A stretch of DNA of 64,000 bases from Styela clava (lineage: Eukaryota), in contig NC_135260.1 in NCBI RefSeq assembly GCF_964204865.1, positions 19,034,001 to 19,098,000 on the forward strand, given 5' to 3'. A model generated the notes under the pieces. The model saw only the letters and a program-made list of their open reading frames with translations, was not told where the DNA came from and searched no databases. Shown here piece after piece: positions 52,812 to 64,000 of the stretch. The position numbers and the translations under genes are program-made. How positions within the stretch are numbered: the first letter of the stretch is position 1; each line of letters begins with the position of its first letter.

Positions 52812-54214
52812 TTTATAATAGTTGTTGTTTCTTCCCCGCTATTTATCAATGTACAAGAAATCTATTATCTGTAAACTTCAAATTCCTTTATAAAAGTTCA
52901 TTGTATTAGTTCACATGCATATCTATATTGTACTTGCTGACAGCGACTTCGCAAAATTTGCTGATGCCGATTTTTTAAACGGCAAATATTTCCCACTTTC
53001 TGATAATTCGATTTCTGATAATTATAATATAAAAGAAATATGCACGACTCATATTGGTTTCCTGATTCTGTGGTGATAAATATATTTTTCAAAACTTGAA
53101 TATCTTAATTCACTCAATTGATAACAGAATTTGAGACGTTTGGAGATCGGATATATTCAAGGTGTCAGTTTATTTAAATCAAACTCAATTTTGGTGTGCC
53201 GACTTCATCTTAATTTTTTATTGCGATATTCTGAAATATCGGTAATGTAGGCCTCGTATTTTTCAATATAATAACAACATATCGGCGCTTGTCTGGTGCA
53301 TACCTAGTTCCTTAAACTATTATTAATCAGATGGCCAATCTTATTTGCCAATCATCCGGTTTCCGTCATTATTGTGTCAATTTGTTCAAAATGTATCTGA
53401 GGATTTTGTGTGTTTTTTTTGAACTTTCCTCTTCAATACATTGTGAGGTGCAATAAACCGTGCCATTTTATTGGTGGATGAATATGTGTGTTTAGTCATC
53501 TCTCAGTACTACCTATCGACAAGGAATTATCAGTGCGTTGCCGTTTCGACAAGTGCTGTTGGAGCCGCCATGGACGACAATTTTTTTTTTATATATATTC
53601 AATTTCTGATTGAGGAAATCCGATCAAATAGCATAATAATAGGAAACGTGTCGTCATTCAGTCACTAGTATGTGTCTGATAGGATAAGTAATAATACCAT
53701 ATCAACCTCTAACACGACATACAATGATGATACAACAACGAAGAGATACAAAAATATAGCATGCCAATGTCGTCTCGTTGACAGGAAAATTAGCTATGTT
53801 GCAATGGGGTTCTAACAAGCTTACTTCGTGGTTCTAAATCAATACAATGCACATCGTTGCATTTATACAATTCTCAAATTGTTAAGATCACGCGGGACAT
53901 TACATACACCTTGCCCTGACAGAATTATCAGCTCGAATCAATGTCGACCTAGTTTGTTATTTTACAAGATACTGGTGGTTTTACGTGAATGAGTCGCCTT
54001 ATCGGCCTTCCCCTCCACTTTGAGAACTATGAACAATTTTGCCAGGTTGTTATTGAAGCATAATATACGAGGAAATACATATTGAGAAACGAAATTTCAA
54101 AATTATGATTGATGATGTCATCAAGTTGACATATGCCCTGCAAACAAGCATCCGTTGTGGTGATACTGATTCAGATGCTATCTTCAAGTTGCAACATGAA
54201 ATTTGTAAATTAGA

Positions 54215-54520
54215 TTTGACCAACTTTTTGGGTGGCCTTGTCAGTTGGCCATGCGAGGTTTGGAGTGTAATATTCCTTAGTCACTATTTCGTCATAATTT
54301 CTTGCGCAATAAGGCTGGTATGTCGATTTCCATTACCAGCTACGCCCAGTATTGTGTATACGACGGTTACGGTTTGCTGCTACCAGTGTTCATGATTGAT
54401 AGTTACTATTAATACTTTTAGACTTTGTCGCTGGAATATTCAATTTACTGTCGACCCAAGTTTGGCGGTTGCAGTCATGCTTATGTACCTCTCGTTTGAC
54501 CGATTTTTTGGAATGCTTTT
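54215..54520 (-). mobile_element. BEL/Pao LTR-retrotransposon pol C-terminal relic
   Basis: RNITLQTSHGQLTRPPKKLVK (54277-54215) fits the BEL/Pao terminal motif RxVxxKTxxGxxxRPxxKL; upstream sequence is decayed. Confidence 0.5.
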
Positions 54521-54845
54521 GTTCCGCCTACGTCGCGGTGTTTGGGACCGACAATTTGGTAACAACTCGAAAACGTAGGTTGCGAAATATTTGGCGAGGT
54601 AAAAATGAATTGACCGTTAGATTATAACTTTTGATTTCATTACGCAAATTGAATACCAAAAGCCGGTATTTGATGTCAAAATCGAGGTATGATTATAGCA
54701 TATATGGTTGTTAATGAATGTTATGTTACCGTATATTGCTATTTCGTAGATTGTCTCTGACTTGCAAGTTACCCGTTCACCCTTCAGCTTCAACGCCCAC
54801 GTGAATGAAGATGCGTTAAAAATCTCTATATGTTTTTATTCGTAA

Positions 54846-55270
54846 ATTTCCACAACACACAGAATATAAATCTTATAACATTTATCCAGACTAGCTTAGA
54901 ATGGTTTACATCGTCTTCTCTCTCCCTATCGAAAGATATCGGAGTCGTATTTATACGTTGAGCATAAACCTTATTAAATACTGTAAACGTGAGCTCGTGA
55001 TTCACGTTATAAACAGAAATTCCTATTATCTCAACAAGGGTAATTAGGTACATCGTACGGATGGGAACTTAGATATAATTATTTCAATCAGTGCCAAAGG
55101 TCTTGAGAATATAGATTTTAATTTGATAATGACTGGATGGAACCTGTTATGTTCTTAAACCTGGTGTAATTTGATTCCTACGAAAGTCTTTGTTCGAATT
55201 TTGGGAAAAATTAACTGTGTTTTCATATTTTAACATGAAATGGGGTACATTTGGGGGTTAGTTGCTATAT
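54846..55270 (+). repeat. 425-bp direct repeat, copy 1
   Basis: Essentially identical to 56621-57045; the only mismatches seen are near the left edge. Confidence 0.95.
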
Positions 55271-56620
55271 TATCTCCCCATCTTACTAACTGGAAGTTTA
55301 AAGATTTGGCACCCTCTAATAAAGTGGAAATATATCGAAAAATACAATACACAATGCTAAAATTAATGATATAGGTCAAAAAAATATTTACATGTATATG
55401 ATCTACAATGAGACACGACATTGAAATAAAGAAGAGTTTATAGAAAGAGTAAAGATTGTAAAGTAGAATTACAGAAGGATGGCGTATTTTTATTTAAAAA
55501 ATTTTGGTTTGGACGGTTAAAACATATTTTCAATTTAATGTATTTCGCTAAGTTAAAATACTTATACTCGCTTTATCGCATTGTTACGATTTTGTAGACC
55601 TAGTTGGTCAATATATGCTTGTCCCATGTCGGGAAGAAAAAACGCATTTTTAAGTTTATGCCATCTCAGGGCTTTTTTGAAAAAATAACGCTTTTGGATA
55701 CAATTTTTGTTTAATGAGCTTATTATTTCACCGTTCTATATGACGGCTTTGTAAATAATTTAAAGTATGACTCGCTCGAATCTACTTTTAGAAAGCATTT
55801 TAATTCCAACGAAATCTATTTAATCGAAAATGAATGTTAACCACAAATATTTAATAATATAAATCTCTAAAAGGTATTTGAAATTAAAATATTCAAAGTT
55901 GTTACCATTAATTAATTTATAAAAATTAAAAGTCGAATGAAACGCCATGTATATATAAGAAGAAAAAGAAGTACTTTACCTTAGTATTAGTGGAAGAATG
56001 AAAAATGTCTGTCTCAATGAGGAGAAAAACCTGCAAATCATGAAACAAATTGTAGAATTACATGCTCCTGATCTGTATATCCAATAGGTAAGCGCGACAA
56101 TTTCTCTATTGTTCGGAATAGAGCGCGTAATTTACCGTAAAACAGTCCATATAGTTCATTGTTTTCAACAGTTCGTTTTTGATTAGGTTTTTCACCTCGA
56201 ACATATATCATGTTCTAAAAGAGTTCATTTCGATCGATGTTCAATACAGTCCATATTCATGATTTTAACGTTTCCAGAGTCCGTTACCATAGTTCAACTG
56301 TTTTCAATTGAGATTATTGTCTTTTCATAATGTTTTTGATTATTTCGGCTTGTCAGCAATTTGCTACTTCAATCGTTGTTCCAGGCAATTTGAATGTCCT
56401 CGACGTTCGTAAGTTGGTCGAATTTGATTTTCGCACGTTTTGTATAGATGGTTTCTCGGCAATTGTTGGAAGCTTTCGCTTGGTCTGTTTTTTGGTTGAT
56501 TCCTTCCAATTGTTGCTTGTTGTCCGTTGATCTGGTCCGTTTCAGAAGGTTAATTCAAGTCGGCTTTGTCACCATTTATAGCATAAATAATGGGTAAATT
56601 CTGTTTGATTTTATTCTCAG

Positions 56621-57045
56621 ATTTCCACGATACACAGAATATAAATCTTATAACATTTATCCAGACTAGCTTAGAATGGTTTACATCGTCTTCTCTCTCC
56701 CTATCGAAAGATATCGGAGTCGTATTTATACGTTGAGCATAAACCTTATTAAATACTGTAAACGTGAGCTCGTGATTCACGTTATAAACAGAAATTCCTA
56801 TTATCTCAACAAGGGTAATTAGGTACATCGTACGGATGGGAACTTAGATATAATTATTTCAATCAGTGCCAAAGGTCTTGAGAATATAGATTTTAATTTG
56901 ATAATGACTGGATGGAACCTGTTATGTTCTTAAACCTGGTGTAATTTGATTCCTACGAAAGTCTTTGTTCGAATTTTGGGAAAAATTAACTGTGTTTTCA
57001 TATTTTAACATGAAATGGGGTACATTTGGGGGTTAGTTGCTATAT
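56621..57045 (+). repeat. 425-bp direct repeat, copy 2
   Basis: Essentially identical to 54846-55270. Confidence 0.95.
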
Positions 57046-60000
57046 GATAACTCTTCTGTCAAAACTTAAGTCACAAAAGGTTTCCTTGCATGTTTTTGAC
57101 TTCCAGGGCGTGATCCCTTCCGTATATTGCATTCTGAAAATCGCGCGTTAATAATTTTACCAATATTATAGGACTCCGTTGTGCGATGATGTCAAGATAG
57201 TATTTGCTTCGCCATTAGAAAGACAGCATCTATTCGTCAATAATGCACGTGCAATATATACTTACCGGAAAGCATAGAAATCTGGTATCTCACCTTACCG
57301 ACAAGCAGGGCCGGTGTGACTAAATGGGGTTTGTTTTGAGCTAATCATTGCCGTGATATTAGAATAGATATTAGATCAAAAGTTGCAGTAAGACAATAAA
57401 TTAAATAACGTCAATTATCTTCCGACGCTTGTGACCTGTGTGTATTTTGTTCTATTAAAAATTCCATTAAACGTTTCGTTTCATATTGAATTTTATATTC
57501 ACCTATTTGTATAAGCAACAGAGTAAACTCGCGGCGATATCCCAACCACATGAGGTGTTCTTATCTCCCAAAGTTTATTGGGTTAGACCGGGTGTATACC
57601 CTGATCAAATATGAGAAAATCACAACGTTGTTATCTGTTGTATATGCTTGATCAGACTTGGAAATTGAAAGGCGAATTGGGATGAAATAAGAAAACTCGT
57701 ATGTACACGATATAGGTGAGACCAAGGTGTAAACCACAAAAAAAACTAGCAACATACAATTTGTGAAGTATTAACAGCATTGCTTATAAGATTAACTTAA
57801 TGAACTAGTATCAATTGTTCTTAAGTATAATCTTCCCGCTATTTCATGACTCGAAAGAATAATGTCATAGTAAACAATCTAATCTAAATTCCTTTGGTTT
57901 CAAACGATTACTGTTTTAAAACATTACAAAAAAAATCTATTAGATCGGGAACTAATCGAGTTTGAGCAGGATAAATCAGATGGCAAAACGGGCTTTGACC
58001 GATTATGGTACCTTTGCAGATTCAGAAGTGACTGGTTATATACAGGGTGGGCCAAAAATGTTACATATATATATATATGCGTACATTGCTTTTCGTTATG
58101 GATTGAAGCAATCCTTTCAAAGGTGCAAAACCCGTGATACGAAAGGGAATTGAGCATTTTCGTTCAATTTAGTTCGTATTTTCAAGTTCGCGCCAAAAAA
58201 AAAAAATCGCAACCAAAGGTAACTTTGGCGCATAATCTGCATCCGAACGTACATGCACCTAATGTAATTAGTTCACCGCCACGAGGTTTTGTGTTTGCTC
58301 TGAATTGTGTTTTTTTCTCCACGAAAATCAAATCTATTTTCGCAAAAATATCTCCAGTTTTTGTAAATTTGTTCTGCCAAATATCACAATTCACGAACGA
58401 TTCAACTTTGTCGAGCCACACCTCTGGATAATAAATCGCGTAAACCGCCAATGATTGATAAGAAGAAAAATCAAACAAACTCTTTATAATTTAATTATCT
58501 TGTCAAATAATGTGAGAGAATTTTTATATTGTCGGGCAGAAAAACATATTTGCACAATCTCATTTGAATCCTTTGTGAAACATTGTGTGTACATTATTTC
58601 AACCTGTTCAACAAACAGTCTCACCCTATAAATGAGTTTTTGGGTGAAAATTGTGTTGCCGAGACCAGAAGAGTTCTATATATTATAAACTATAGAATCA
58701 AAAAAAGTATCTAAATTGCAGCAAGGTGCAAGGTATTTGAATATATCACACACGTATGCCTAAATGAGTTTCACATATGCGCACTCCGAGTATATATAGA
58801 TTACACGTATGTATGGAGGAAATTGCTTAAAACAAATGTATTTTTTATTCAAAGGTTGTGTTCGAAAGTCGCGATTCCATCCTAATAAATCGAATGTAAC
58901 GTTGTAATTTTTGTACAGGCCTTTCGATTCATTACGTACAGGCCCGTAGAAGCAATACCGCTTCGAAGTTGATAACAGTAAGACTCAAAATTATTGAGAG
59001 TTTTAAAAAGCTTCTCCTTCGCGATAAAAGTTGTAAGTCGATTTCTTACGCCTTGAGCCAATGTCGATAGTATCGGCTCAAACAATTTTCGATAGCACTT
59101 TTAAATATACATAAAAACTACATAAGTTGTTGTAAAATATGTTTTATTCAGTATATTAGAAAGTGTACATTACGATATAAGATATAATATTGTTCTGAAA
59201 CTTGTAATTGGATCAAATCAGGAAAAAAAGGAAAGGTGTTGGATGGAAAAATTTCGGTCAAAAAGTGACCTGATATGGTTCGATTTTATTACATTCTGGT
59301 CAAAATAATTATGGCGAATTACAAATATCATGATTCAGTACACAATTGTAATAAAAACAATTTCAAAAATATTTTACCAAATGCGGAATGGCTGTGAAGC
59401 GTTAGCATAGAAAATAGCAAAAATGATTTAAACTGAATTGCATTGCAAAATACACTTTTCGTTTAAAACCTGATTTTCTGGTTCATGGTATTATATGGTT
59501 ATGACGTGGAAGTGAGAGAAAATGCAATATATGTAATGAGCGGATAAGTCCTGAGTTTGCCTTGACCACAAACCATTTCATTATTACGATAAATACGGTT
59601 TTAGGTTTTTGATATTTCAGATCGAACTATCATATTTTTGCTACCGTATTGCCGCACACATTACGGGGTCGCAGTAATACTAAGCCATGAAAAGAGAATT
59701 AGCTAGTTATAAGAGAGTACCACGAAAGTAAAACGTACATTGTACAAATTAGACCAAGGTACCGCAAAGCAGTTAATATTCGCATTTCCTACGCATCCTA
59801 CGCTCGAAAGCAGCGCTATAGCAAACACAGTATTGAATATTATTCAACTTGGCATGTTTAATCGTATGAGCACGAAAATCCGTACAAGTTTGTGTTCCGT
59901 TGCCAACATATTCTCAGGCACAATGTAAAAAAAATTCTTTGCGTGAAAGTTATTTTGTCGTGTAAGGGCGGACACCTCAAACGCACTGAGAAACAATGGC

Positions 60001-61527
60001 TATTCACAAATTTTGGAATATTCCGACACATGCATGTTCATAATTTGTTTTTCAATTTATATCAATTCGGGAACCGGATTCTGTGAGCTAGGCAAATATA
60101 TAGATTAGTACAAGTGATGAAATTGCCTTTACAGGTATGAGTATCTTTTCGTGTCATTCGATTATTTGCATTAATAAATAGCACGAATGGTGTAAAAACA
60201 TGAATGTGAATAAAAATATCATTATTTAGGATTATATTGTTAAAAAATTATGAGAAAATTGTGTTGAATTTTATAATCATAATGTTGGTGACGAGGGGTT
60301 TTCGTTATAAAATTTCATCATCGATTCAGGGTTGTTTAAGCTCGAACCACATACCATAAGTTCGTACTTGACGTAACAATGAAAATTCATCAATCAACTT
60401 TACTTTTCGGTGAAGTTCATTTCGATTAGGTTCAGATTCCACAAAAGCAAGAGAAATTTCTTTGAAAACAAGTCTATGTCGTTGCGTGTGCATCACGCTC
60501 CATGCTTTGTAGTTCGGGCTGTTGTAAGTAATCCAAAGCGCCAGTTTCCGAGGCTTCTTGACATATGGCACAGCATGGAAGACAAAACCATAAAAAGCAA
60601 TCAACAAAAAATGAACCTTCAATTCCCTGAAATTACAAAGATGGTGAGTATGAAGTACAACTCAAATTATATATTTATGTCAATCAAATTGACATTTACA
60701 AATATATATGATTTGCACAATCCAATATAAAAAGTAATTGCAAAAACAAAACATTTGTGTGGAAAACATACTATTTGAAAAATGTTATAGGAGCTGACAG
60801 TGATAAATGTACAATATGGACAAGTGGTATTTTCCTACCAATGCGTGGGCCATATATGATTTCCAAACCGCCTCGCTAATATTTTAATACCAACAAATAC
60901 AATTCCAAACTAAACAACGTTGATTTATTATTTTATTAATATTAAATGAGTTAAATTTCATTTTGAATTTAATCGAACCTCATTTCAAAATATAAAACCT
61001 TAGCATGAGACTTGTGGAGGAAATAAATAATATCTTATAATGAGATAAAGCGTACAGTTTTTTGCTGTGCAAACAACGTAGCAATGATAAACATTTATTG
61101 AATTTATATTAGCTCGTGGAGGAGCAAGCAAGGAGTAGGTAACCATACATTTATACTCATTAGAAACCTACGATTGACTGTGAATATGTTGATATTCATT
61201 TTTGTTAAATTTAGTTATTGTTACTCGCCAGACCGTGTTATCACAAATGTCTATAATTTAAGAATCGTGTATAAAATCAAGTACAACCAACGCCCTGTGA
61301 ACCCGATTAAACACACAATTTTATATTGGTTCATATTCCCGGTATGAAAAGATCATTGTCCGTTCGTTTTATTCGGAGATAACACGTCGCACGATTGATC
61401 AGACTACACAAGAGTCAATTTATCGTAATTTACAATTTTAAATACAGTTTTGAATATATAAATATATATTTTAGTTTTTACAATGAACGTCGATGAATTG
61501 ATGGATTAAACGCCTTTTTATACCGAC

Positions 61528-61722
61528 CTTCTTTTTCCTAATTAGTCCTCGAAGCAAAGCACCAGCAACACATGGAGCATACATGACAGCAATCACCCAC
61601 AGAACTGAATTTGGTTCACCGACAGCTTCTGCGTTTTTTCCCACTGCAAGGGGGAAAGCGCAGCATGCCAAAAAGCTTAAACTTGCGTTACTAAAACATC
61701 CAAAAAGTCCTTGCTTCCACAT
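61528..61722 (-). CDS. PLAC8/cornifelin-family protein, first coding exon (downstream exon not located)
   Basis: MWKQGLFGCFSNASLSFLACCAFPLAVGKNAEAVGE...PCVAGALLRGLIRKKK followed by a phase-0 GT donor; fits the family pattern WxxGLxxC...GxNAE...RxxIRxK. Confidence 0.75.
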
Positions 61723-64000
61723 TTTGCTTCTTTCAAGTAATGCTACAAAGTAGATGAACAAAAATCAAGATGTAATGACTGAATATCTAACTCTGTATTA
61801 AAATAGAGAATTGATAACTTGATAAATGTCTTCGTCAGGGATGAATAGCATATCAGGGCGAGGCATAGTATCTTGGACAAATTCAATTTTTGACGATGTT
61901 AAGTCAATATTGGGGTAAATATAACTCGGCAAACATTTCGTAAACGTTTGGTTTAGCGGTCGATGTATTTGCCCATACTATGTAAAATATTGTAAGCGTT
62001 GGGTAAGAATATCGTTGTGTGAATTTTAAGCTTTCTTCATTCATGATATATAATTAAATTCAATCTTAATTAATTGAAATTAATTGATAATGTATGCAAA
62101 ATGCACGATGCAATAATTCAACACTTTTCAAATAGACGCCCATTCTAAACCAAGACATCAATGTTCAAATATATGGGTTGGTAAACCCCTACATCGCTGA
62201 GTTTGGTGAAGAGATCAACGGACAAGAAACACGGATGCGGTCGAGCACTACTACACAACAAGTGTTCCCCTTGAATAAGAATAAGACAGCAAAGTTTTGG
62301 TTAAATATCGGGTACTCTAGGACTCTAGGAAATTAAAAAAGTAGCGACAACGACAACGGTTAGCAAAACGAACATGAACAATTCGTATCCGATAAAGCAA
62401 GATCAGTTTTTAGTTTTAGCAGAATATTTCTCATACCATTCCGTATGTGCGAGTGGGCTAATATTGTGAATCAGTGACGAGAAATCGAATCCGTATCATG
62501 ATCTAAATGTCGGAAGCGTTAGCGTGATTGTCTTAAACAGCGTGACAGCGTTAACTCATGTCACATTTTGACGTATAGCTTGACCATATGTTCGTTGAAA
62601 TGACCATTAATAATCTAATTCTTCAAATATGACAAAAAAAAACGAAGAATCATTGCACACAATTCAAATTACTAGAAAATTAACCGTTTGAAAGTAAAGC
62701 AAATCAAGCTAAATAGAACTAACATAATCGTCCTTTTGTGGAATGAACAGTATTGGCCAAAAGCAAGTCGCGAGTGTAGAAAAAGCAGTTGTGGGGTCAC
62801 AAAAGATTGCTGAAGCTTCGGAGCCCGGAGATTTTGCAATTCAAATTTTGATTTACATTGCCTCAGAGTACACATTTACGTGACAGCTCAAACAATGTTA
62901 ACTTGTTTATTTGGTCCTACTGAAGAATATGGATTCCACCCAATCAAGGCTCCTTGCGACCTTGCAATGTAGATCTCATTCAACGAATATCATAGTTCAT
63001 ATTAAACCTTTGTACACAAATCGTAAATATGCAACAATATAAAATAATTTTGTTCAAAGATGCTGAATTTTAGAAATTTTAACGGCTTTATCGCAGTCAG
63101 CATTCTACTCATAATAGTGGCAAACTTGGTGGGAGCTGACTTTGATGATCGCATGTTCATTTGGCTCCTATACCGAAAATACCATTATATGATTGCATTA
63201 CTTTTCCTTTCCATTATGTCAGTTTAATTCCGGTCTACATAAAGTAATATCTCATCTAACAACTGAAGTCCCAGAATTCAGATAAACGGCTCTAATTCTA
63301 ACATTGGCGATGTTACCTCCAATAAAACTGCAGGACATATTTATAAGACTGGGATTTGTCTGATCTCCAATACTTTATAAAACAGTCAAAAGCTTATGAT
63401 ATCCGGTAAGTTATCCTATGAATGAATCATGGTTGAGTAAAACGTCGTCAGACCAATAAGAATGAAAAGATGTGTACATGCGTGGAACCACCTTTTTAAA
63501 TCACATACACACATATTTATATTCAAAGCTCTAAATGACCTGTTATATCCAGTGTAAATTTGCGCTAATCTCGTTTGATTTATTTTTGATTTTTACTCGT
63601 CAAAATTCCAGATAAAATAACATGTTTCATATATTTCTTTTTACGTCGAAACGAGTCATACGTACGCTAAAAATGACACAAAGACAGCATGAATCTGCTG
63701 AACCTGCTCCGTCGTTTTCAGCCTCCATTTCAATCGCATCGACCCTCAATATGTGTTCGCCGTTTTTGAAAATAAGAAACATCAATCACGTGATGACGTA
63801 TACCTGAAGGATGTCTTGAGGTTCCATCGCGGCGAACCAGCTAAGTATGCGGTAAACGCGTATAAGCCGACTGACTTTTTAGCAAAACCAGTGATCCGCG
63901 TCAAATACCATCGCTGTAAAAAGCACTATTAAGCTGAGACGTCATCTTCCATTCACGATGTAAAAATGCACGTAAGACGCAATGAAATTCAACAGACCAT

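Noticed and set aside
54846-57045. 425-bp repeats as LTRs of the adjacent BEL/Pao relic
   Set aside because: The integrase C-terminal relic lies outside the pair, and there are no TG..CA termini or TSD.

Overview
AT-rich, intron-containing animal genomic DNA; the taxon cannot be fixed from the window, though an invertebrate such as an ascidian is plausible. The + strand carries the 3' part (40 exons, 64..52811) of an ASCC3/Slh1 double-cassette Ski2-like helicase gene. One ASCC3 intron (5259..26622, about 21.4 kb, more than 10x any other intron here) contains, on the opposite strand, a tandem family of type I membrane protein genes that the ORF track shows only in fragments. There are three intact six-coding-exon genes (A 12517>9484, B 19826>15047, C 25437>22787) and a pseudogene (D, ~7090>6700). 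Each intact gene encodes a signal peptide, a divergent Cys-rich CUB-like domain, an S/T stalk, one TM helix and a tyrosine-motif tail. A shares its ectodomain type with B but its YEN-repeat (ITAM/ITIM/Grb2-like) tail with C, whereas B has an unrelated YDD/DIYAAV tail. This architecture resembles a paired immune or allorecognition receptor cluster. Introns are rich in Buster/Charlie-type hAT elements, MITEs, a SINE family and a mariner-like relic. Downstream of ASCC3 lie a BEL/Pao-like relic, a near-perfect 425-bp duplication, possible HSP70-like relics and one exon of a PLAC8/cornifelin-family gene. All gene models were built by manual reading of splice sites and frames; no database searches were run.
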